A DNA stretch of 63,408 nucleotides, the filler included, from Chiloscyllium plagiosum (Eukaryota), in NCBI RefSeq assembly GCF_004010195.1. It is 7 parts of 7 records of this genome, joined end to end, with 100 filler letters (N's around TTAATTAATTAA, not from the genome) between each part and the next. Parts side by side here need not be neighbours in the genome. Positions count along the whole stretch, not along the records: positions 1 to 22,190 come from NC_057746.1; positions 22,291 to 24,006 come from NW_025168289.1; positions 24,107 to 33,789 come from NW_025211786.1; 4 more parts are not named here. The stretch is one strand, 5' to 3'. The stretch's first letter is position 1. Each line of letters starts with the position of its first letter. This document shows positions 13,743 through 25,074 of the stretch, in pieces. The notes beneath the pieces were generated by a model, which saw only the letters and a list, made by a program, of their open reading frames with translations, searched no databases and was not told the DNA's origin. The position numbers were made by a program, and so were the translations under genes.

Positions 13743-16700
13743 GTAAGAAACTTCATTGATTCACTTGTTGGTATTAACTGGAGCGCCCAGGCAAACTTTG
13801 AAATGCACAAGGTTTGTGCTTGCTGTGGCATGGGACATTTCATATTAGCAATTTCTCACTGGGTATACTTTTACTTAGTCAGTTTTGCTATTTCCTTTTA
13901 ATAGATGTGGGGGCATGAACGACTGTCCAAGTATGCATTCTTTTGTGAACGTGCATGCGTTCACAGGTCAAGTCCAGTAATCAGTTCTACTCCGCAGCAC
14001 ACCCAAATTGGGAAGTGAAAAAAGAATAATGATTTCGCTTCTTTATTTCAGTTTCCGAACCAATTGTTCCCCACTGTTGTGACAGCATACATGTAAGAAA
14101 AAGTACTGCAGCACCGATGTTGATGTCTGTAACTATGGTACAGCGTGAGACTTCAAGTTAAGACAAACTATCGGCTGCTTTAAACATTGAACTAAGTAGC
14201 ATAACATGGGATATGCCCGAAAGGAAAATAGAGCAAGGTTTATCATGGGTTTCTCAAAACTTCGTAAAAGTTCGCTCGGTTATTAGGGGGGAACCAAAAT
14301 TTGTTGATACATTTGGAAGCGAACAGGCGAGATATAGTCTTGCTGGTTTTAAAACGGTTCTTTGAAGACGTGATTTGGCACAAAAATCATATTTTGGAGA
14401 CCTACATTTGGTGTAATAGACATTGGCAATTGACATTGGCATCACGAGATGTTAAGAACAAAAAGTAATGTTTATTACAACCCGAAAGATGATAATATCC
14501 TCATAATTGGCGCACTTTCAAAACAAAAAAAATAACCTACTGTATCTTCATCCATATCATCACGGAGGGAAAAATACGGGTTGGCAATGAAAGGATTGTA
14601 CTTTTGAAATCCATTATCCAATGTTCAGTTAAACTGGGTGAATTCAAAGCTTAATATCTCCGAATGTGAATTCGCCCAATGGCGCGATTATCTTCCATAA
14701 TCTTCATCAAAGTATTTATACCTGATTTATAAATCCATCACAAAACGATAACATCATTGAATCACAGTTCATCCTCTACCACCACAGTGGGAGAGCAATT
14801 TTAGTGTGTCAATTTCTGTAAGAGCTTTGGACAAGTTCACGTGGCCGTTCCGTTAACATTCCAGTAATTACCTTTAGGAGCAATATTTCACGCAGGCGCG
14901 TAAATACGGCGTTAAGTGTCTGACTTCGGTGTGAAATGCTGTTTGCTCTTTTACAGCAATGAGCGCTAAGAACATCAAAGTTCTTCAAAGCCCGGCATCT
15001 ATGAATGTCACCGAGGGGAACACAGCCGCTATGCACTGTATGTACAAAGGATCTAATGGGCCAAGTGTCTTCAGGTGGTTCAGGGACAGGAAAGGAGGAA
15101 CCGAGCTTTGCAACAGCACAGCACAATACAGAGGCCGGGTCATTGGGCCAGACAGGGAGAAAATCCAGGGAATGACGGGCGCCTGGATTCAACTCACAAA
15201 GGTGACATTGAGCGACCAGGCGACCTATTATTGTAAAGTGGAATTTGTCACAAACAATGAATATTATGGAGAAGGATCAACACTTACTGTGACAGGTGAG
15301 CATGCTGCACACTGTTATCTTTATCAATGAAATAGTAACATTATCGAATTGAGGAGCCTTTTAGCTCACGGTTATTTTTCTTAGACTAACAACGGTCCGA
15401 TAGACACAACTTCACAGTTGAAAACATTAGGAACCATACAGTATTATGATCGGCGAATTTTTCTTTTGTTTTTCCGACCACGCGTCTTAAATGTTGTTCT
15501 GTAGTCTGACAACTCGAGAAATTATTTGATTCCATCCAGGCTACAAAAAAACCATTGCACCAACAACTCTAGGTTGGAAGGTAGAAGGGAGAGAGAGAGA
15601 GAGACACTTTGGGAAGTTACAATCACCAGGGAAGCGTGATGACACGTCTCCGGGTCCCAATGCAGCTCATCCCGTCTTAAAAGAGATGGTTACTTCGGCA
15701 GTTGGTACATTGGTGTTAACCTTGGAGAAAGTGAGGTCTGCAGATGCTGGAGATCAGAGTCAAAAAGTGTGGCGCTGGAAAAGCACAGTCGGTCAGGCAG
15801 TATCCGAGGAGCAGGAGAATCGATGTTCCCAGCATAGGCTCCTCATTCCTGATGAAATCTGAATTCAATTTAAAAAAAATCTGGTCCAATGACGACCATG
15901 AAACAATTGTCGATTGTTGGTTCACGAATCTCCTTTTGGGGAAGGAAACTTCCATCCTTACTTGGTTTGGCCTACATGTGACTCCAGACACACAGTGATG
16001 TGTTTAATTCTTAATTGATTTATGGACAGTTAGGGATGGGACACTAAACTAGCCAGAGGCGCACACATCCTGTGGTGATAAAAAAAAAATGCATTGTGTT
16101 CTATGGAATGCTGCTCAATACATCGCCGGTATAATTTTAAGATGAGGGGAGAAAGATTAAAAAGGGGCGTGAGGGGCAACTTTTTCCACACAGATCATAG
16201 CGGAATGTCTGCCAGAGGAAGAGGAAGGTGCAGATACAGTTGCAACATTGCAAATACGTTTGGATAAGTAAGTGACTAGGAATTGTCGAGAGGGATATGG
16301 GCCAAAGGCTGACAACGTGGGAGCAGTTTACTTTGGGAAAACTGGTGGGCATGGGTGAGTTGGACCGAAGGGTCTGTTTCCATACTGGGTGACTCGATGA
16401 GAGCAGGTTAGGCGGTAAAGGAAATAAATAATATTTGTTTGCTTCCAGCAGCGATGACCAGAAATCACATAGCCATCGTTTCCAAGGGTAGACGGACAGC
16501 CCTGTTTATAACGGTAGCGGCATTTCTCCTGACCTTGCTCTCAGCGATAATTATCGTGATCTCCTGCCGGAACGAAACGAAAGGTACACACCGTTTCATT
16601 GGATAATCTCAGTCCCTCCACGCTGCTAGTCATGTCGCTTGCATTTTCATATATCCTTGCTCGGACGAGATGTTAATAGTCATATGTTTGGAACTCCCAG

Positions 16701-19700
16701 CTCTCCCATGGTGGAAATTCAGATCGTGGACGTAAAAGGGCCGGGTTCCTTGTATTCGGGCGCGTATTATATTTGTTTTGAACCGGTGTCCAGGTTTCAA
16801 ACCTGAGGTGTCCTCAGTGGTTCAGAAAGGGAAGTAAAATCAGGGAAACTGAGCGTATAGGAGGAGGAGTCGGCCACTCATGGTGGAGCCCGCTGCTCCA
16901 TCCAATGCCATCGGGGCTGATCCTTTATCTCAGCGCCATCCTTGTGCTTTAAGCTTCTGGTTCCCCTCCTCTCAGCCCTACAGGTGCTGCTCTGTAAAGT
17001 GAGACTGCCAACCCTCGTTCCAAGCACCGCTGTCGTTCCTCTTCGGGAAAAGAAAATGTTACTTTTGTCACATTTCGAATTTTTAACCCCGATTAACAAC
17101 GATAGCTAACTGTAACTGCTTCCTGCAATTCGTCTCCAAGTTTCGGGCCCGACTGCCTTCATTGCCCCTCGCACCCTGCGTCTCACAGCAACTCCGTCAG
17201 TCAATGCTCCAATCAGATCGACTCTCCCACCCAACTTGGCACACACATTACCGTTTAACTATCATAGCAAGGACGAAATCAAAGCATGTGTGGATGGAAC
17301 GCAATACAAATTAATTATGATTTCCTGAGCTGAATACAAACATCTCCCAACCCCGTTTACTTTGCCTCTCCTTCCGAAGCTAAAAAAGCAACAACTACCT
17401 CAGACTTATTGCAGTCGAATTTTATGATGTGTGATAATGCACGCGTTTAATAGAATAGTTGAGGCGGAGATGAGTTAAAGGCGCAAATTCGGAGCAGGGG
17501 AATTAAAGGGTGGCAATTAAAGCTTGGAAATGTTGAGCTGCGATTTCATGCCATTGACGTTTCTGATATTCCTTTTTTTCTCCCTGTACCAGAGACATTC
17601 CACAGAAGATCATCGCACAGAGCTGAAGATCAGGTGCATGACATCTCAGAATAACTGATTTGGAGATGCCGGTGTTGGACTGGGGTGTAAACAGTTAAAA
17701 ATCACACAACGCCAGGTTATAGTCCAACAGGTTTAATTGGAAGCACTAGCTTTCGGAGCGCTGCTCCTTCATCAGGACAACCCACAATCACCTGATGTGA
17801 AACCAGTGCTTCCAATTAAACCTGTTGGACTATAACCTGGTGTTGTGTGATTTTTAACTCAGAATAACCGAGCTTGGTTGTATCTCTTCAGCGCTGTGAT
17901 ACCTGTTGGCTAATAGCTGATGTGTATAAGCTGCAAATCCAAAACGATCATTCAAACGTTAGCTTGAGCGCTCATAGATTTATTAAGCAGGCAGCAAAAG
18001 TAAACCGATCAGACCCTACAGTGAGTAGGTAATGCTCATAAACAGAGTTGGGGATTGAAATGCAACACAGGCCTGAAGTCTGTATTTCATCCTAACATCA
18101 ATTCAAATCACATTTCTCTTGAATTATTCATTGGGTGGTTTAGGCCAGTATTTATTGCTCACTCATATTTGCCCTTGAGAAGGTGGTGATGAGCTACGTT
18201 CCTGAACTGCTGCAGCTATTGTGGTAAAATCATAGAACCATACAGTCCAGAGAGGAGCTTGGGCTCATCAAGACTCCACTGGCAAAAACTACTCTCAATC
18301 CACACAAGTCCCACTTTCCAGCACTTGGCTCACCAATGTTATAACATTTCAAGTGCTTATTTAGAAAGGCTATGAGGATTCCTGCATCAATTACTCTCCC
18401 AGGCATTTCATTCCAGATTCCTAACACCGTTTGGGTAAATTTTGACTTCCACAAATCATTTCTAAATCTCCTGCCTTTTACCTTAATATTATAGCCCTTT
18501 ATTGCTAACCTTTCAAATAAAGAGACTAGTTGCTTTCTATCCGCCCTGTCCACGTGCCTGATAATCTTTAACACATCAATAAGGTCCTCTCTCAGCCTGC
18601 ACTTATCTAGCCGAGTTTATTCAGTTTCCCTTTGTAACCAAACTGCTCCATCTTAGACAACATCTTAGTGATTCTCCTCAACGATTACAATGACATCATT
18701 TCTATAGTGACCCAGAACTGTACACTGTCTCCCAACCAAATTCTTGTATAGCTCCAACATATCCTCCCTGTTCTTATAATCTATGGCACGACTGATGTAA
18801 ATGCACTGTCTACTTTCTTAACTACCCTAATAACCCGTCCTACCACCTTCAGGGATCTGTGGCCAAGAACCACAACATTCATGTGAGCTTCCCAGTGTCC
18901 TTCCATTCAATGAGTACTCCCTTGTCTTTTTATTTGTTCTGATTTTCATCAACTCACATTTATCCGGGTTAAATTCCATCTGGTGCTGATCTACCCACTT
19001 GACCAATCTGTCTATACCCTCCCGCAAGCTGGGATAGTCTTCCTCACTGTCAATCAACCTGTCAACCCGTGTGTCATCTGCAAACTTACTTGTCTTCCGC
19101 CCCCATCCCTACATATTTCTTCAATTTTAATTGTATGCATCATGAGCAATAAAGGACTCAGTAATGAATCCTTTGGTATACCGCTAGCGACAGGCCTCCA
19201 ACTGCACAAGCAGATTTCTTCCACCATCCTGTAGCTCCTATCACTAAGCTAATTCTCGATCTAACTTGCTAAGTCACTGTGAATCCTATGTACCTTTACG
19301 TTCTCTATCTGTTTTCCATCTAGTACCATGCCAAACGCTTTGCTAAAATCCGTACAAATGATACCAACTAAACTATCATCATCTATACACCTGGTCACCT
19401 CCTTGAAAATTTCGATCAAATTTGTTAGGGAGCACCTCCCTCTGAGAAAGCCATGATGACTATTCTTGATCAAGCTTTGTCTGTCTGAGTGGAATTTCGT
19501 TTCCTCTTTTAGAATTGCCTTCAAAAGATTCCTTACCACTGATCAGGGAGAGCCATGTGGTTGTTTGAGAGGCTGTTAGGGAGGGAGTTTCAGGACTTCA
19601 ACGTAACATCATCTATAACTTATACTATTCCCTCACTTTGAGCAGTATCATTCTGTGCAGATATCCAACTCTTGTCCAAGAGTATCAATGGCCTGAGCAA

Positions 19701-21607
19701 CATCATAATTAATAAAATGCCTTCCTTCCATACCATTGCTTTCCGATCAGAAATACTCACATAGTTCATTACCTTATGAATCATTTCGGTCTTGTTGCAC
19801 ATCACTGCCATTTCATCACATCACACAATTGATTATAAGTTTAGTTTTTATTATGTTCATTTGAAAAAGAAGCAATTACCTCACGTTTTACAAACGGGAA
19901 TTAAAAGCTAATATTTACCTAGATTCTTCTTCAAGTTACTTTCTGATTTTGAACTATTAACGAATTGCAGCTTCTTTAAATTTAGGAATATATTAACACA
20001 CCCCTAATTATAGTTCCCTAGTACTCAGATGGTCACTTTAAATAAAACCCTGCAACGCCCAACTTCAGATTCAATGGCCTCTATAGCACTATCAGATTCT
20101 GATGCATTGGACTCAGAGTGAATTCCGTCCTTGGTGATCCTTTCATTCCAGTTTTGAAAGTTACTGTGGCTTGTTTTCGCTGGTCTAGCCAATGAGTACT
20201 TAAGTTATGTGTAGAACCATTTCAGTATCTCATCAGAGAGCAGCAAAAAGAACAGCCTTGAGTCCCCTGGCCTCAAGGTCTTTTGGCATGCCGTGATAGT
20301 GTCCCAACCTCGGTACTAGGAGGCCTAAGTTCAGGTCCCTCTTCCTTCAGAGGTATATATTAACATCTCTGAGCAGATTAATTTGAAAATTGCTAAGCCT
20401 CACTCTGTTGTCATTTATTCCTTCTTCAAATAACCTTATTAACATCTGCATATATTTAGACTTAAAACATTATCAACAGTAAAACTTAGTCATAAATCAA
20501 CTTAGAGCTATTCAAATGAAACATTTTACATATTATTGTCATTTAGTGTTATTGTCAGTTAATACACTAATATCAAAGAGGTATTTTGCCTACGATGATG
20601 GTCAGTTAAGAAGTAAACTCTTTTTCAAGTTAGTAATCGAGTTTACTTAATAGTGCTATAATCATGCTTGTCGACAATTTCTCAACTGTAGGGTGTCAAT
20701 TCTTGACTGAAAATGCTGACTAAAAACAATTTGCAGAGGAAACAGAAGTGTTGATAAAAAAATAATCGAACAATAGATAAATATATATCCATGCTTTCAG
20801 AGTAGGTGCATCTCCTTTTCTAAGCATTTTTCTCTACTTGATATATTCAGTAATGTATTCTATTTCTGTTCAACCAGGGAAGTGAAGAAGATAAGGTTCA
20901 ATATTGTGCACTAGACTTTAAAGAAACAGAGCGAACATCTACAGTGAAAGACAAGGTAGCATGCAGCTTGTTGAAAGATTTATATTCATGTTAACTAACT
21001 TGATAATGCAGAGTTGTACATGTACATTATGCAATAAGGAAGCACTTCATGCAAATTTCGTATCTCATGGTACATTGGTCTATCCAGTTATCCTTCATAA
21101 TATTAATACTGATATTAGAAATCACACTGAAAAATCCATCAGAGCCATTACATGGACTGTTTAAAACCGTTATTACCCCTTTATATATTAATATGATTCT
21201 AAGATACTGAATTACTAAATTGCCCATGATGTAACCCATTGTTGGCTGATACATACAGTTCTACTATGGAACATAGAGATCAAGTTCACTGACCAACTAA
21301 TTTGACGAGGTAAATGCATCGTTAGTGGTCACTGATTAATTGCAAGTTATCTATTTTCAAGTTTCAATTCTAAACACTGACAGTAAGCATGAGGGAAAAA
21401 ATATATACCAAAAAGCAACCTGACAGGAAACATGCCATAGTGTCTTCAATTTATTTTTAAAAACCCACATTGAAGTGTAGCTCAAGTAACACATATTGTC
21501 GAAATAATATGTGATCTTAATTGTGTCCATGTTTTACTCTCCTCAAACAGACAAATGCAGAGGATAATTTACAATACTGCGCATTAAAATTCAGTGAGAA
21601 AAAGTGA
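13700..21607 (+). CDS. NKp30/NCR3-like single VJ-type Ig domain receptor with two ITIMs; spliced CDS join(13700..13742,14957..15295,16449..16583,17593..17633,20878..20955,21551..21607), 230 aa
   Basis: Six exons with GT-AG boundaries and compatible phases (1,1,1,0,0) total 693 nt without an internal stop. Order: signal peptide MVSSAVFCILSLGF, V domain, stalk+TM, then three cytoplasmic exons. Confidence 0.85.
14957..15295 (+). CDS. VJ-type Ig V-set exon, NKp30-like
   Basis: TTTTACAG acceptor and G|GTGAG donor. B-strand Cys (MHC), WFRD, YRGRV, DQATYYC and the J-like G-strand YYGEGSTLTVT all lie in one exon with no RSS. Confidence 0.92.
16449..16583 (+). CDS. Stalk + transmembrane exon of the NKp30-like receptor
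   Basis: TTCCAG acceptor and G|GTACAC donor. Encodes AAMTRNHIAIVSKGRRT-ALFITVAAFLLTLLSAIIIVISC-RNETK; the hydrophobic span has no charged residue. Confidence 0.85.
17593..17633 (+). CDS. Cytoplasmic exon 1 of the NKp30-like receptor
   Basis: Polypyrimidine tract then ACCAG acceptor; encodes ETFHRRSSHRAEDQ; donor CAG|GTGCAT. It converts phase 1 to phase 0, as needed to read the ITIM exons. Confidence 0.7.
18230..19540 (-). mobile_element. Degenerate CR1 LINE fragment in intron 4 of the NKp30-like gene
   Basis: HGFLRGRCSLTNLIEIF..DFSKAF and MEFNPDKCE. Confidence 0.85.
20878..20955 (+). CDS. Cytoplasmic exon with ITIM 1 (VQYCAL)
   Basis: ACCAG acceptor; encodes GSEEDKVQYCALDFKETERTSTVKDK; donor AAG|GTAGC; phase 0-0. 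Confidence 0.82.
21551..21607 (+). CDS. Terminal exon with ITIM 2 (LQYCAL)
   Basis: Pyrimidine tract then AAACAG acceptor; encodes TNAEDNLQYCALKFSEKK with TGA at 21605-21607. Confidence 0.82.
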   Translation, partial: TNAEDNLQYCALKFSEKK

Positions 21608-21764
21608 AAACCAGTATGTCTGAAGAAAAGAACAAGTGAAGGTTAAGCGTCAATTTGTGGAATTATGGCAGAAAATTGGAATTCACTCAACATTTTTATC
21701 TCCAATGTTATAAAATTATTGTATATTTTAAAGGTGTGCAATTCAATGTATCTATCTATCTATT

Positions 21765-22190
21765 CAAAGTTTGTGCGAAGATTTGTAGCTCGGGTGCTCG
21801 TTGTTGAGGTTCTGTTCGCCGAGCTGGAAGTTTTTGTTGCAAACGTTTCGTCCCCTGGCTAGGCGACATCATCAGTGCTTGAGAGCGTCCTGCGAAGCGC
21901 TTCTTTGATGTTTCCTCCGGTGTTTATAGTGGTCTGTCCCTGCCGCTTCCGGTTGTCAGTTTCAGCTGTCCGCTGTAGTGGTTGGTATATTGGGTCCAGG
22001 TCGATGTGTTTGTTGATGGAGTTTGTGGATGAATGCCATGCCTCTAGGAATTCCCTGGCTGTTCTCTGTCTGGCTTGCCCTATAATGGTAGTGTTGTCCC
22101 AGTCGAATTCATTTTGCTGGTTGCCTGCGTGTGTGGCTACTAAGGATAGCTGGTCGTGTCGTTTCGTGGCCAGTTGATGTTCATGTATGC
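21765..22190 (-). mobile_element. Penelope-like element 3' end (GIY-YIG tail + 3'UTR)
   Basis: Minus strand reads HEHQLATKRHD..EFDWDNTTII..REFLEAWHSSTNSINKHIDLDPIY, followed by a hammerhead motif. Confidence 0.78.
21838..21878 (-). ncRNA. Minimal type I hammerhead ribozyme motif (Penelope-associated)
   Basis: GCA-CUGAUGA-U-GUCGCCU AGCC AGGGGAC-GAAA-CG-UU-UGC: conserved cores, stem I GCA/UGC, stem II, and palindromic ACGU in place of stem III. Confidence 0.7.
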
Positions 22191-22290
22191 NNNNNNNNNN
22201 NNNNNNNNNNNNNNNNNNNNNNNNNNNNNNNNNNTTAATTAATTAANNNNNNNNNNNNNNNNNNNNNNNNNNNNNNNNNNNNNNNNNNNN
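22191..22290. other. Artificial 100-nt spacer (N44-TTAATTAATTAA-N44)
   Basis: The identical construct occurs six times; the 12-mer gives stops in all six frames. Confidence 0.97.
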
Positions 22291-22523
22291 CGTCTGTTCA
22301 ATCATCGAGTTCCATCCAAAGTCAATCTCCGTGAGTTGGTTGAAAAATGGCCGACCCTTGGATTCTGGCTTCTTCACGTCTCCCGTGTGTGAGGCGAAAG
22401 GGAACTTCTCGGTGACGAGTCGGCTGATGGTCTCTTACGGTGAATGGTTCAACAGCGCAGTCTATACCTGCCAGGTCACTCATGGAGAGAACACTCAAAG
22501 TAAAAACATCAACTCAATCCAGG
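22291..22523 (+). pseudogene. IGHM: IgM heavy chain CH2 exon, 5'-truncated by piece end, splice donor GT>AT
   Basis: [20 protein letters not shown]...[16 protein letters not shown] is near-identical to CH2 at 46808-47119. The donor reads CAGG|ATAAGA instead of CAGG|GTAAGA. Confidence 0.8.
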
Positions 22524-24006
22524 ATAAGAGACACACACTGAGAGAGCTACAAATCATTCTGAACTCTGATGTGAATCAAACGCACTAATTTATCAGGCGT
22601 AGTAAACAGCACGGTACAGCTTCTCGTTTCCCAACATGCCACGTATCTCATTTCAGTTTGAGTGTTACATTAGCATTGCTCATAATTCAACCTTTTGGCA
22701 AGTCAGAAAAGCATGTTTCCTCTCTGTTGAAGATAGATATATAGACAGTAAGCTTTGTTAAATAGTTTGTTGCCTGACCATGCTGGGAGAGGCATTCAGA
22801 ATGCTGAATCCTTGCCTGGTAGCCGCTTCAAGGGTAAGTTTGTGGTGGAGGGGGGATATTGGAGAGATATCTGATTGAAACATAGAAAATACTGAGAGAC
22901 TGAGGTCGAGTGAATGTGGAATAGATGCTTTGACTGGTAGGCGAGACTAGGACCCAAGGGCACAGTCTCAGGCTCAAAGGGGCACCGTTTAGAACTGAGA
23001 TGGGGAGGGTTTCTTCAGCCAGAGGGTGATGAGTCTGTGGAACATGTTGCTGCAGAGGGCTGTGGAGACCAGGCCATTGTGTGTATTCAAGCCAGAGATA
23101 GATCGGCTCTTGTTTAGTATGGGGAGAAGGCAGGAGAATGGCTTTAGCCCGAAATGTCGATTTCCCTGCTCGTCGGATGCTGCCTGACCTGCTGTGCTTT
23201 TCCAGAATCATTCTGATCTAAACTCTGGATTGGCCGAACAGCCTTATTCTGATCCTCTATCAAATTGACGTGGTTAAAATATGCAGTGACCCTTACTTGA
23301 GAATAAATCAAAATGCGTTCAATGCTTCATTCCCTGCTCAGGAATGACCTGTTGGTTGGACATTGTACGACATCTATTTTTATCTGGTACTGAACTCGTT
23401 AACTTCATTTATGGGATCAGACCACAGACCAAGTGGGTATCACATTTGATGAACTGGGATAAACGTGATCTCACTGAGCTGCTTTAAGATGCTCTCTGTA
23501 ATTAGTGGATGAGGCAGGAGAATAAATTCTGGTGGGAATGCTACAATAGGGATATAGGGATGAATGAACTCGGAACTCGAGACAGGCTGATTTAGCCTGG
23601 TTTGGGGTGATGATGTTTACACAGTGAGTAGTGGATGTCTATAAAATTAGTGCTCATTTCCATCCAGTTTGTAGATTAATTTAAGACGCTTTTGTTTTTT
23701 TTTCTCCCCTGCTCAATGAAGAAATTTAAAAATGCAGCTTGGTAAATAAAGTAAAAGTACAGACCAGTTATGAACTAACTGAATGGAGGGAAAGACTTAA
23801 GGATACGGGTGTCCTTCTCGATATCCAATGCTGTACTCAGTGTCTTGTTTTGAGATCTACTCCAAACACAGCCCACGAGGAACAATGACATAAATTAGAG
23901 AATGTCATCACACCAATAACGAAAAGTATTTTTGATCACGTTAAATATGATGAACAGAATTTCCATGGCTGTGCACCGCTCCCGTAACACTTTAGAACTC
24001 TGCAAA

Positions 24007-24106
24007 NNNNNNNNNNNNNNNNNNNNNNNNNNNNNNNNNNNNNNNNNNNNTTAATTAATTAANNNNNNNNNNNNNNNNNNNNNNNNNNNNNNNNNNNNNN
24101 NNNNNN
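24007..24106. other. Artificial spacer
   Basis: N44-TTAATTAATTAA-N44. Confidence 0.97.
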
Positions 24107-25074
24107 AATGGTTCCAATGGACAAGTTTAATTTTCACATGGATTGGGAGAAGCCAGACAGCTTCATCATTCCTGGTCTAAAGTCTTGTAAACACTGCGGG
24201 GAGGAGAAGGAGACTCCATGTTTAACCCAGCCCATGCTCAGCTTTGATGCCCTCATGGTTGAATAGGCCGGGTTATCTCAGACACCAACATCCTACTGGC
24301 CGTGTATAAAGGGCTGATTAAAAAGCTCAGTGAAGGACAGTGAGGATCCTGCTCTGGATTGTCCATCTCCCTGTTTGACAGAGAGACTGTTCACACAGTG
24401 ACTGTCCCCCACGGTCTCACACTTCATCCTCCCAAAATATTCCTGTTTCTCTTCATTTCAGTCTGGATTCACTCACCCCACACCTTTCCTGGTTATGGTG
24501 ATAAACCACAGACCTGCCCCTGGGTTATCCTGAATTCCTCACTTCAGATGTTTCCTGGCCTGTAGAGTCACCTCAATATCCTTCTTCAAGTTATCCTGGG
24601 ATATTGTTCCAGGTTAGTGATACACTACGTCTGTCCCAGGTTCCTGTTCCAGGTTAGTGATCTCTGTTTCATATCCGAATTCTGGATTGTGTTCCAGCCT
24701 CTCCATGTCCACACTGACTCCACTGATTCTGAGTGACCCTGATTCTGTGTTTACTCCCGGTTCTGAGAGGCTGCAGCAGCTAATTCTGACCCAGTTGAAT
24801 CTGATTCTGTTGATTATGTCAGACAGGATTCTGACAGTGTTATAATTTGGTGGGTTATTGGAGATTGTCACTGTGTGGATGGGCCTCACTTTGACCAGCT
24901 GGAAGTGTGTGTAATGGTTTTCAGCCTGACCTTTACAGATATAACATGTTGAAAGTAATTTTGAGGGAAATGTCTCACATTAGTGATGTGATTCTGGTTT
25001 TGTGGCCCAGGTACATTAATATGATGTTTATGTTGGTATTGAGTAACTCCCTGCTTTTATTGTTTGCTTTATAG

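Noticed and set aside
14957-15295. Rearranged TCR/IgL V-J or IgNAR V
   Set aside because: No RSS and no C1 exon downstream; it splices to a TM and ITIM tail, and its motifs fit NKp30-like domains.
22235-22246. TTAATTAATTAA as a biological repeat, CRISPR-like array or piggyBac target
   Set aside because: Always centred in exactly 44 N on each side; it is a synthetic linker.
24107-25074. Leader exon of class I gene A
   Set aside because: No ATG plus hydrophobic stretch with a phase-1 donor could be identified; it probably lies beyond the piece end.
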